Shown here one piece after another: positions 25,419-33,125 of a stretch of 48,115 bases of DNA. How positions within the stretch are numbered: the first letter of the stretch is position 1; the number at the start of each line of letters is the position of its first letter. The DNA comes from Gemmatimonas aurantiaca (GTDB lineage: Bacteria; Gemmatimonadota; Gemmatimonadetes; Gemmatimonadales; Gemmatimonadaceae): positions 1-48,115 of the forward strand of contig JBIQLU010000004.1 in NCBI GenBank assembly GCA_044463985.1. The letters are read 5' to 3'. The position numbers and the translations under genes were made by a program. The notes under the pieces were generated by a model. That model was not told the origin of the DNA. It saw only the letters and a program-made list of their open reading frames with translations, and ran no database searches.

Positions 25419-26210
25419 TCAGAAGTCCTTCCGCCGGAAGGCGCGCTGGCCGAGCGCGATTGGAGCCGCCATCCAGAGAGCAAGTGTGGCGGCCGCGAGA
25501 GCGGCGCCCGAGACGCCGCCGAAGAAGTGCTGGAACACGGCCCCCGTATAACCCATGAGCGCCGAGATGTCGAAGCGGAGGAGGAGCATCACTCTAGCCA
25601 GATCCACAGGATTGGCGAGCGTGAGAGCGAGCACCGCACGCTCGAGCGGGTAATCGCCGAACGTGGCGATGAGGAACAGAACGAGCCCGTCGTACACGAG
25701 CGACAGCACCAGCCAGAGCCCGATCGCGGCGCCCAGCCCGCGAAGGCGGTCGTCGTAGCGCAGCGCGATCAGGAAGGCGAGCGCGGTGAACACGCTCGTG
25801 AGTGCCACTCCCGCCAGCACGAGTACCGCGAGCGTGCCCGCGAGCGTCGGCTCGTCGAAGCCGTTCAGCAGGAAGGGAAGGGACACACCCGCCGCCAGCC
25901 CCAGTGAAAGCGGTACGGTCAGCCCCAGATAGAGACCCGTGTACAACTGCCAGCGCTTCACCGGCTGTGCGAGAAGGAGCTCGGTGAACTCGCGCGCGCC
26001 GTACAGGTAGACGGTGCCGTAGACGACGGTCACCAGCGGCACGAGGAAGAGCACCACGCTCATGAGGCTGAGCAGCGCCTTCGTGCCGCTTCCCGCGAAG
26101 CGAAGCAGCCCGTAGCTGGCGACGAGAAAGAAGAGCGTGTACACGACCATCCAGCGGCTGCGCAGCACGTTGCTCCCTTCGTAGCGGGCGACTTTCATGG
26201 CCGTCTTCAT
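25419..26210 (-). CDS. nosY: NosY: ABC-type permease for nitrous-oxide reductase maturation
   Basis: A 263-aa ABC-2-type permease with 6 TM segments. It sits after nosD and nosF. An ATGA overlaps the nosF stop. The RBS is GGAGAAGG. Confidence 0.85.
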   Translation of the reverse strand: MKTAMKVARYEGSNVLRSRWMVVYTLFFLVASYGLLRFAGSGTKALLSLMSVVLFLVPLVTVVYGTVYLYGAREFTELLLAQPVKRWQLYTGLYLGLTVPLSLGLAAGVSLPFLLNGFDEPTLAGTLAVLVLAGVALTSVFTALAFLIALRYDDRLRGLGAAIGLWLVLSLVYDGLVLFLIATFGDYPLERAVLALTLANPVDLARVMLLLRFDISALMGYTGAVFQHFFGGVSGAALAAATLALWMAAPIALGQRAFRRKDF

Positions 26211-26920
26211 GCCGCCTTCTCCCAGGTCATCATCGCGGCTACCGCGCGCTCGAGATTGTTCTGGCGCGTGATCCGCTTGAGGTCGAAGAGCGTACCCGCG
26301 TATCGGATCTGGCCGTCGGCCAGGAAGGCCACGTCGTCCGCCAGCTCCTCCAGGTCGCTCATGATGTGCGAGGTGAGCACCACCGTGCGTCCTGCGCCGC
26401 GCTCGGCCAGGATCCTGTCCTTCACGACCCCGCTCGAGATGGGATCGAGTCCCACGGTGGGCTCGTCGAGGATCAGGATGTCCGGCCGGAAGAGCAGCGC
26501 CAGGATGGCGTTCACTTTCTGGCGCGTTCCGCCCGAGAGCGTGCGGATGGGTTTCCGCAGCTCGCCGCCCAGCCGCAGCCGGTCCACGAGCTCTTCATCC
26601 ATCGAGCCGTCGACTCCGCGCAGATCGCGCAGGAGCGCAACGAGGTCGAGAGCCGAGAGGTTCTCCGGGAAGCGCCCGATCTGCGGCATGTAGCCGATTC
26701 GCGAGCGATACTCGTCGTCCGCATCGATCGGCTTCCCGTCGATGTAGATGCTCCCCGCATCGGCGCGGGTGAGTCCGAGTATGATCTTGATCAGCGTCGT
26801 CTTCCCCGCGCCGTTCGGCCCCACCACCGCGGTCACGCGTCCGCTGCCGATGTTCAGGTCGAGCCCGCGCAGTACCTGCAGCGCACCGAAGCGCTTCTCG
26901 AGCCGGGTGACTTCTATCAT
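26207..26920 (-). CDS. nosF: NosF: ABC transporter ATP-binding protein
   Basis: Walker A is GPNGAGKTT, the signature is LSGGTRQK and Walker B is ILILDEP. It is flanked by nosD and nosY with 4-nt overlaps. Confidence 0.9.
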   Translation of the reverse strand: MIEVTRLEKRFGALQVLRGLDLNIGSGRVTAVVGPNGAGKTTLIKIILGLTRADAGSIYIDGKPIDADDEYRSRIGYMPQIGRFPENLSALDLVALLRDLRGVDGSMDEELVDRLRLGGELRKPIRTLSGGTRQKVNAILALLFRPDILILDEPTVGLDPISSGVVKDRILAERGAGRTVVLTSHIMSDLEELADDVAFLADGQIRYAGTLFDLKRITRQNNLERAVAAMMTWEKAA

Positions 26921-28188
26921 GAGATCCTGTGCATGGCTGGGCGTGGGTCGTTCACCCCGCTGGGCGTGAGCACCGGCAGCACACGTTCGGCGGCGTCGAG
27001 CAGTTCGACGAAGGCACTCCGCAGCAGAACGAGCGACGGCTCCGCGCGCGCGGCAAGAAGGGAAAAGAGGCGAACCGGCATGTGCGGCACATCTCCCACT
27101 CCGTCGCGGTCCAGGTCGTAGCCCTTGTAGCTGTCCCAGTAGTTACCGGCGAAGGTGCTGCTGATCTGACGGCTGTCGGTCACCACGTCGAAGGTGTTCC
27201 CGATGAAATCGTTGCGCGCGAAGCGGCCGTCCTGCGTGCTGGCCGCGAGCTTCACCGCCCAGCCGTTCGCGAGGAATTCGTTGTGTTCCACCTGCAGGCG
27301 GTTCGCGCCTTCCGCCAGGAGCGCGGTCGTATTCCGCTCGAAGACGTTCCCCTCGAGCCGGCTGTCCGCGATCTCCTTGAGGAGAAGTCCGTACGCGGCG
27401 CCGCCCCAGTTTCGCTCGAAGCGATTCCCCTTCATCGTGACGTTCTTCGCGTACATCACCGCCACGCCCGAACCGTTGTCGCGGAAGACGTTGTCGGTGT
27501 AGCGGCAGTCGTTGGAGTACATGAAGTGCAGGCCGTAGCGCAGATTGCCTTCGCTCACGTTTCCGCGGATGTCGCTCCCGTGCGAAAACTCGAGATAGAT
27601 CCCGTCCCGGTGACCCGTGATCCGGTTGTCGGCGATCGTGGTCCCGCGCGACGACCAGAGATGGATGCCGTTGCCGGAACCGGCTTCTCCCTTCGTGATG
27701 GCACGGAGCTCGTTGCGCTCCACCACGCAGTCAGTGGCCTCGGCCAGATAGATGCCGAAGAATGTGTCGTCGAAGCGATTGTCGGAGATCGTGCAACTCT
27801 TCGCGCCGGCCACTCGGATGGCTGCGCGGTCCTCCACGTAGCTCGTTCCCACGTGCACGAAGTGCAGGCCGCGCACGATCACGTCGTCGGCCGCCACCGT
27901 CATGATCTGCCGCTTTCCCTCGCCATCCAGCACGGGGAGACCCACACCCTCGATCTCCACGCTCTTGTCCACGAGGATGGTGGGTTCGCGGTACGTACCG
28001 GGCTTCACCAGGATCCGGTCGCCCGCGGACGCACGCCGTATTCCCTCGGCGATCGTCCGCACCGGACCGTCCGGGCTCACCACCACGGTGCGCTGCGCCG
28101 CGAGCGAATTCGACAGCGCGGCCAGCGCGATCGCCACGCTCAGGGAACGGAGGACGCTCCCGCGCAGCACTTCAGTGCCCGTGCGCAT
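26917..28188 (-). CDS. nosD: NosD: nitrous-oxide reductase maturation protein (periplasmic parallel beta-helix)
   Basis: ORF 26917..28230, starting at ATG 28188 after GGAG. A signal peptide is present. It has repeated beta-helix turns (NRF.DN.FGIYL, NGIHLW, DGIYLEFS, YGLHFMYS, NGSGVAVMY) and ends with AFVELLD. Confidence 0.9.
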   Translation of the reverse strand: MRTGTEVLRGSVLRSLSVAIALAALSNSLAAQRTVVVSPDGPVRTIAEGIRRASAGDRILVKPGTYREPTILVDKSVEIEGVGLPVLDGEGKRQIMTVAADDVIVRGLHFVHVGTSYVEDRAAIRVAGAKSCTISDNRFDDTFFGIYLAEATDCVVERNELRAITKGEAGSGNGIHLWSSRGTTIADNRITGHRDGIYLEFSHGSDIRGNVSEGNLRYGLHFMYSNDCRYTDNVFRDNGSGVAVMYAKNVTMKGNRFERNWGGAAYGLLLKEIADSRLEGNVFERNTTALLAEGANRLQVEHNEFLANGWAVKLAASTQDGRFARNDFIGNTFDVVTDSRQISSTFAGNYWDSYKGYDLDRDGVGDVPHMPVRLFSLLAARAEPSLVLLRSAFVELLDAAERVLPVLTPSGVNDPRPAMHRIS

Positions 28189-28735
28189 CGGCCGCTCCAG
28201 CACGCACTCCGACGCTCGAAGAATCGGCACCCTGGAGCGGCTTCACTCCCGGTGCCAGACCTTCATGCGCGACCAGCTCCACCACCTGGCTCCAGTTCAG
28301 AGTTTCCCCGGCCGGGACGCCTGCACTGCCTGCTTCGCTCCCTGTTTGCAGCGCGAGGAGGCCGCGACCCATCGGGCTTCCGGGGCCGGTGTGGTGGATG
28401 TACAGCGCCTCGCTCGCTGGCAGGAACGTCCCCGGTTTCAGGTAGTCGCTCACCCAGAGCGAACGGACGCTGGCGCTGTCGTGCAGAGTCGAGTAGAAGG
28501 AAGCGAGACATTCGATCGAGTCGAACTTGTGCACCTTCCCCGTGCGCGTGATCAGCTCGGCGCCGTACCGCGGGTCGCTGATCTGCATCCTGCAGAAGTC
28601 GCAACCGTCCTGGTCGTACGCGATGGGCACCGGGCCCGCGCTGCACGCGGCCAGGACGAACGTGAAAGCGAGCGTCGCGAGAAGCCGCGGGCGTTGCCGC
28701 CGCATGCCGACACGGGGCGCGGTGCGCTCGTACAT
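28172..28735 (-). CDS. nosL: NosL: copper-chaperone lipoprotein of the nos cluster
   Basis: This is the 3' part of ORF 28172..29161. ATG 28735 follows GGAGG and overlaps the upstream stop in TGATG. The alternative start is ATG 28705. The lipobox is FVLAAC. NosL motif: DGCDFCRMQISDPRYGAELITRTGKVHKFDSIEC. Confidence 0.85.
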   Translation of the reverse strand: MYERTAPRVGMRRQRPRLLATLAFTFVLAACSAGPVPIAYDQDGCDFCRMQISDPRYGAELITRTGKVHKFDSIECLASFYSTLHDSASVRSLWVSDYLKPGTFLPASEALYIHHTGPGSPMGRGLLALQTGSEAGSAGVPAGETLNWSQVVELVAHEGLAPGVKPLQGADSSSVGVRAGAADAHGH

Positions 28736-29406
28736 CAGTGGCCTCCGGCCGGCTGCAGTCGGGGGCTGGTCGCCTGCGAAGCGGCATCGTTCGCCGCGCT
28801 CGAGGCAGGACCCTCTTCCATACGGGCGGCGCGAGCCGCCCGCACGGAATGGAAGAGTGCGTACGCTCCGATGAGGAACGCCACTCCGAGAAGGATCGTA
28901 CCGAGTGCCGGAAGCGATATCGCCGTGAAGTTGAGAAGCTGCTTCGCACCGATGAGCGGCGGCTCGTACGTCATCCCCGGCACTTTTATTATCGCGTTCT
29001 CCATGTCGAGGTTGCGTCCGTAGTCGCGCTCCCACTTCCAGAACTCCATGAGTCCGAGAGCCGCTGCGACGGCATATGCTCCTAGCCAGGCGGCGAGGAG
29101 CTTCCGCCGCCCGGCCAGCGCCACCGCCAGCGCTCCCACGATCAGCGCGCCGAGTACCCACGGCATGATGTGCAGCACCGGTATCGCTGCCGGGTCGATC
29201 GCCTTCATCCCTATGTAGTGGTTCAGGGAGTTGATGCTGGCGAGATCGTTATGACCCGCTCCTCGCACGGTGTTCACGTGGATCAGGAGTCCCAGCCCTT
29301 CCGGGTACTGCGGTGCCAGGAGGCGAATCTGCCAGAGCGGTACGGCGAACGCGCCGGCCATGATGAGCGCCGCGACTGCCGTGAGTACTCGCGCGATGCG
29401 TGTCAT
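28735..29406 (-). CDS. nosB: NosB-like 4-TM membrane protein (the conserved membrane-protein gene that follows clade II nosZ)
   Basis: A 223-aa ORF. Its ATG overlaps the nosZ stop as ATGA. It has four hydrophobic helices and a soluble loop, LAPQYPEGLGLLIHVN...SINSLNHYIGM. Confidence 0.7.
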   Translation of the reverse strand: MTRIARVLTAVAALIMAGAFAVPLWQIRLLAPQYPEGLGLLIHVNTVRGAGHNDLASINSLNHYIGMKAIDPAAIPVLHIMPWVLGALIVGALAVALAGRRKLLAAWLGAYAVAAALGLMEFWKWERDYGRNLDMENAIIKVPGMTYEPPLIGAKQLLNFTAISLPALGTILLGVAFLIGAYALFHSVRAARAARMEEGPASSAANDAASQATSPRLQPAGGH

Positions 29407-31397
29407 TTACCGTTCATCTGGGCGAGGGTCTTCTTGCTGATGTTCGCCGTGAGCGGGACGTTCGATCCCGCGGGCGACACGCGGACGTAACCCTGCATTT
29501 CCTGGTGCAGCGCCGAGCAGAAGTCGGTGCAGTAGAAGGGGTAGACGCCCGGTGCCTGCGGAATCCACTTCAGCGTCCGCGTCGCGCCCGGCGCCAGGAT
29601 CAGCTCCGCGTTGTTCGCGCCGAGCACCGCGAATCCGTGCACGATGTCCCAATCCTGCTCGATGTTCGTCACGTGGAAGTAGACCGTGTCGCCCACCTGC
29701 ACTCCCTCGAGATTGTCCGGCGCGAAGTGGCTGCGGATCGCCGCCATCTTCACATCCACGCGCTTGCCGGATCTCGTGATCCCGCCTTCGCTCTCGGCCT
29801 TCACGACGCCGGGGTTCCGGTTCTCGGAGAGCTGATAGTACTTGACCTGCTTGTCCTTCAGCACCTCGGCTGGCAGCGCCTGCGCATAGTGCGGCTCGCC
29901 GATGGTGGGGAAGTCGAGCAGCATCTTCATCTTGTCGCCGCTGATGTCGATCAGTTGCGCGGACTGCGCGAGCTCGGGCCCCGTGGGGAGGTAGCGATCC
30001 TTCGTGATCTTGTTGAGCGATACGAGGTACTTCCCCCAGGGCTGCTTGCTGTCGCCGCCGGGAATCATGAGGTGGCCCACCGAGTAGTAGATCGGCATCC
30101 GGTCCAGCACCTCCCACGTTCCGAGCTTCCACTTCACGATCTCGGACGAGATGAACATCGAGGTGTAGGCGTTCCCCTTGCCGTCGAACTCCGTGTGCAG
30201 CGGACCGAGCCCCGGCTTCTGCACCTCGCCGGCGATGGTCGCGGTGTACTGCAGGATGGGGATGCCATCCACGTCGCCGTCGTACGCCTTGTCCGCGATG
30301 GCCTTCTTCATCTTGCTGAAGGAGTGCACCGGGATCACGGTGGCCAGCTTCCCGCTCGCCACGATGTACTCGCCGCTCGGATCGATGTCGACGCCGTGTG
30401 GCGACTTGGGGGTGGGAAGGAGGTAGACCACTCCCTCGCAGTCGCGCGGGTCGAGCACCTTCACGCTCGTCTTCAACTCGCTCTTCGCGATGTGGGTCGC
30501 CTCATCCTTGAAGTTGTGCGCGTACTTGACGGGCATCGAGCGAGCCTTCCCGTCCTTCACGCACGCTTCGGCGCGGTGGTAGTCCACGGCCGCGATGACG
30601 TCCTTGTCGTTCTTCGATGCGTTGAGCTCGAGCTTCTCGTACGCCTGCTCGGTGTTGTAGGTGGTGAAGAAGAACCAGCCGTCCGAGGGCCCCTTGCCGG
30701 CGTGCGCGAGGTCGTAGTTGTAGCCCGGCATGAGTATCTGGAAGGCGATGTCCATCTTCCCCGGCTGATCGGCCGAGATGAACGAGAGCACGCCCTTGAA
30801 GTTCTTCTTGTACGTGTCGATCGCCACGTCGGTATTGGGAACCGGCACGCTGAAGCGCGTTGCGGACACTATGTACTTCGTGTCGGGGGTGGTGAACGGC
30901 GATGCGTGACCTCCGGCCGCGTTCGGGAGCTCGAGGATCTCGGTTGTCTCGAAGAGCGAGAGGTCGACACGTGCGACGCGCGGCGTGTTGTTCCCGTTGA
31001 TGAATATCCAGCGGCCGTCGGGAACGCCGTCGGTCTGCGACAGCTCGGGGTGGTGCGAGTCGTCCCACGGAACGAACCCGTAGCTGGTGCGCAGCATGTC
31101 CTTCGTGTTCTCGTCGTAGCCGTAGCCGGTTTCCGGGAACTGCGAGAACACCGCGATCTGCTTGATCAGCCGTCCGGAAGGGAGCGTGTAAACCGAGATC
31201 TGCCCGCTGTAGCCTCCCGACAGAAATGCGTAGTACTCGTCGTACGATCCGGGCGGTACGTAGACTGCGGATGCTGCATCGCCCGTGACCAGGTTGCCGC
31301 CCTTCGACCCCGTTGCCACGCAGGCATACAGGGTCGCGCTAACGGCGAGGGCAGCGCCCGCGCCGAGCACCAGCTTGCGTGTGATGTCCGATGACAT
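29403..31397 (-). CDS. nosZ: Sec-dependent (clade II) nitrous-oxide reductase NosZ
   Basis: ORF 29403..31511, starting at ATG 31397 (MSSDITRKLVLGAGAALAVSATLYAC). There is no twin-arginine motif. The N-terminal domain is a beta-propeller. The C-terminal CuA site is DIVHGFAV ... CTDFCSALHQEM. There is no CXXCH. Confidence 0.95.
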   Translation of the reverse strand: MSSDITRKLVLGAGAALAVSATLYACVATGSKGGNLVTGDAASAVYVPPGSYDEYYAFLSGGYSGQISVYTLPSGRLIKQIAVFSQFPETGYGYDENTKDMLRTSYGFVPWDDSHHPELSQTDGVPDGRWIFINGNNTPRVARVDLSLFETTEILELPNAAGGHASPFTTPDTKYIVSATRFSVPVPNTDVAIDTYKKNFKGVLSFISADQPGKMDIAFQILMPGYNYDLAHAGKGPSDGWFFFTTYNTEQAYEKLELNASKNDKDVIAAVDYHRAEACVKDGKARSMPVKYAHNFKDEATHIAKSELKTSVKVLDPRDCEGVVYLLPTPKSPHGVDIDPSGEYIVASGKLATVIPVHSFSKMKKAIADKAYDGDVDGIPILQYTATIAGEVQKPGLGPLHTEFDGKGNAYTSMFISSEIVKWKLGTWEVLDRMPIYYSVGHLMIPGGDSKQPWGKYLVSLNKITKDRYLPTGPELAQSAQLIDISGDKMKMLLDFPTIGEPHYAQALPAEVLKDKQVKYYQLSENRNPGVVKAESEGGITRSGKRVDVKMAAIRSHFAPDNLEGVQVGDTVYFHVTNIEQDWDIVHGFAVLGANNAELILAPGATRTLKWIPQAPGVYPFYCTDFCSALHQEMQGYVRVSPAGSNVPLTANISKKTLAQMNGK

Positions 31398-31642
31398 TGC
31401 GGTCTCTTCTGCGAGAGGTTGAGCCGGTACGCCTCGTTGGTGTGGCAGTGGATCGGATGGCCGTTCGGCATCCGGGCCCGCTCCTTCGATGGAGCGGTTC
31501 CACTTCCACACTCGCGAAGCTACGACTCCCGCGAGTGACCGAAAATCAGGGGAATTGCGGAATCTGGGTGAGACAATCGACCCCGCTCTTGTCGGCGTTT
31601 ACCCGACGCCGAGCGGGCGCGCGGCTGCCGGAACCGACGCGA

Positions 31643-32101
31643 TCAGTCGTCGGTGGATCGAGACTCGCGCCCCTCCACCTCGTCGACCTTCATGCGCAGG
31701 ATCACCGAGCGATACGGAACCGGGTCTGCGTCCGTGAAGCTCTCGGGGATCAGCCGGCGGAGCACTTCCACTCCCTGTCTGTACGCCTCTTCGTGCGCCT
31801 CGGTGCCGCCAGGGGTCAGTTCGTAGACGGTGCTGTGAACCACGACGCTGCGCCAGTCGAAGGTGTCGTCCACCTCATCGACCTCGAATGCCACCCATGG
31901 ATGGCGCGCCAGCGTCGTGAGCTTCGTTCCCGGCCCGGTGCGAAGGTATATCCAGCCGTCGTGATACACGTAGTTGATCGGTTCAACGTCGACCCGATCG
32001 CGGAAGGTGTAAGCGATGCGACCCACCGAATGCCGCGCGAGGAGCGCGTCGATCTCGTCGCGCTCCAGCGTGCGATACACCGGCTCAGGAGTTCTGCTCA
32101 T
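31643..32101 (-). CDS. Pyridoxamine 5'-phosphate oxidase family (flavin-binding split-barrel) protein
   Basis: ORF 31643..32122. ATG 32101 follows GGAGAGAGGG. Family motifs present: LLARHSVGRIAY, PINYVYHDGWIYLRT. Confidence 0.8.
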   Translation of the reverse strand: MSRTPEPVYRTLERDEIDALLARHSVGRIAYTFRDRVDVEPINYVYHDGWIYLRTGPGTKLTTLARHPWVAFEVDEVDDTFDWRSVVVHSTVYELTPGGTEAHEEAYRQGVEVLRRLIPESFTDADPVPYRSVILRMKVDEVEGRESRSTDD

Positions 32102-33041
32102 CGCCCTCTCTCCTCTCCGCACCTTCGGTTTCGGCGGACGCTTCTTCCAGGCGGCCGCGAGCCACGAGCACGGGGCGCTTCGCGGAGCGTATGACTTCGC
32201 GCGCCACGCTCCCGAGCAGCGCCGCGCGGATGCCGCGCGAGCTGCTTCCCATCACGATCAACTCCGCATCGAGTCGCTGGGCCGCGGCCAGTATCTGGTC
32301 GGCCGGATCGCCCGCCTTCACTTCCGTCTTCACGCCGGAAGCATCGAGTCCCGCATCTGCCGCCAGGCGCGCCAGCCAAGAACCCGAATCCATCTCGGCA
32401 TTGGTCAGCACATCGTCGGGGACAGGCATCATCACGCCCGACACCACCGCGCCCGCCGTCATCAACTCGTTGAGCATCGTGGAACTGACCACGTGAAGGA
32501 GCGTGACCTCCGCACCCGGTCTGCTCGCCAGGCGCGCGGCCCAGTCGAGTACGATCGGAGTCGCGGCCGACTCGTCCAGCGGTACCAGTATGCGCAGCGG
32601 ATCTCCCTCCCGGGGATTCGCCGCGAGGAGTACCGTGTGTCTGGACTCGCGCAGTATCTTCTCGGCCGTGCCGCCCGGACGATCCCAGATCCCCGGCCGC
32701 GCCCCGTGCGGGCCCACCACGACCACGTCGGCGTCGTACTCGCTCGCCACGGAGTCGATCTGTTCGGCTGGATCCCCCTCGCGTATCTCCATCCAGATGC
32801 GCTCGGCGCCGAGCGTGGTGCTCAGCTCGCGCAGCCTGCGGTCGGCACCCTCACGCGCCGTTTCGACGAGCGTCTCGCGCGGGGGGAACTTCCCTCGGAA
32901 GAAACGCGGAGGTTCGGGCACCGCCACCACGTGAACCAGCACCAGCTCGGCGCCGGGAGCGAAGTCGCGGGCCACCCACCGCGCCGCGTCCTCCGCCGGC
33001 TTGCTGAAATCCATCCCCACGACGACGCGATTCAAGCGCAT
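32085..33041 (-). CDS. Tandem universal stress protein (two UspA domains)
   Basis: This is the 3' 957 nt of ORF 32085..34679. ATG 33041 follows GGAG. The two USP units are RVVVGMDFS...VVVVGPHGA and ILVPLDES...LIVMGSSSRG...GSVAREV. Confidence 0.85.
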   Translation of the reverse strand: MRLNRVVVGMDFSKPAEDAARWVARDFAPGAELVLVHVVAVPEPPRFFRGKFPPRETLVETAREGADRRLRELSTTLGAERIWMEIREGDPAEQIDSVASEYDADVVVVGPHGARPGIWDRPGGTAEKILRESRHTVLLAANPREGDPLRILVPLDESAATPIVLDWAARLASRPGAEVTLLHVVSSTMLNELMTAGAVVSGVMMPVPDDVLTNAEMDSGSWLARLAADAGLDASGVKTEVKAGDPADQILAAAQRLDAELIVMGSSSRGIRAALLGSVAREVIRSAKRPVLVARGRLEEASAETEGAERREGDEQNS

Positions 33042-33125
33042 GAGACTCCGGGTTCGGGAGCGTGCTCCGGGGAAGCTTACATGGCGGGCGCGGTTTGCGC
33101 ACGCCAGGTCCACACGCGAGTATGA

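Noticed and set aside
23932-31394. Long plus-strand ORFs 23932..25551, 26929..28551, 27902..29023 and 29400..31394
   Set aside because: All run antisense to the strongly supported nos, cupredoxin and regulator genes. Their composition is dominated by R/A/G/H/V runs, and they carry no motifs.
31536-31548. A possible FNR/CRP-type box, TGAccgaaaaTCA, about 140 nt upstream of nosZ
   Set aside because: The half-site spacing is TGA-N7-TCA, whereas the TTGAT-N4-ATCAA consensus implies TGA-N6-TCA. The flanking bases do not match either. This is too weak to call.
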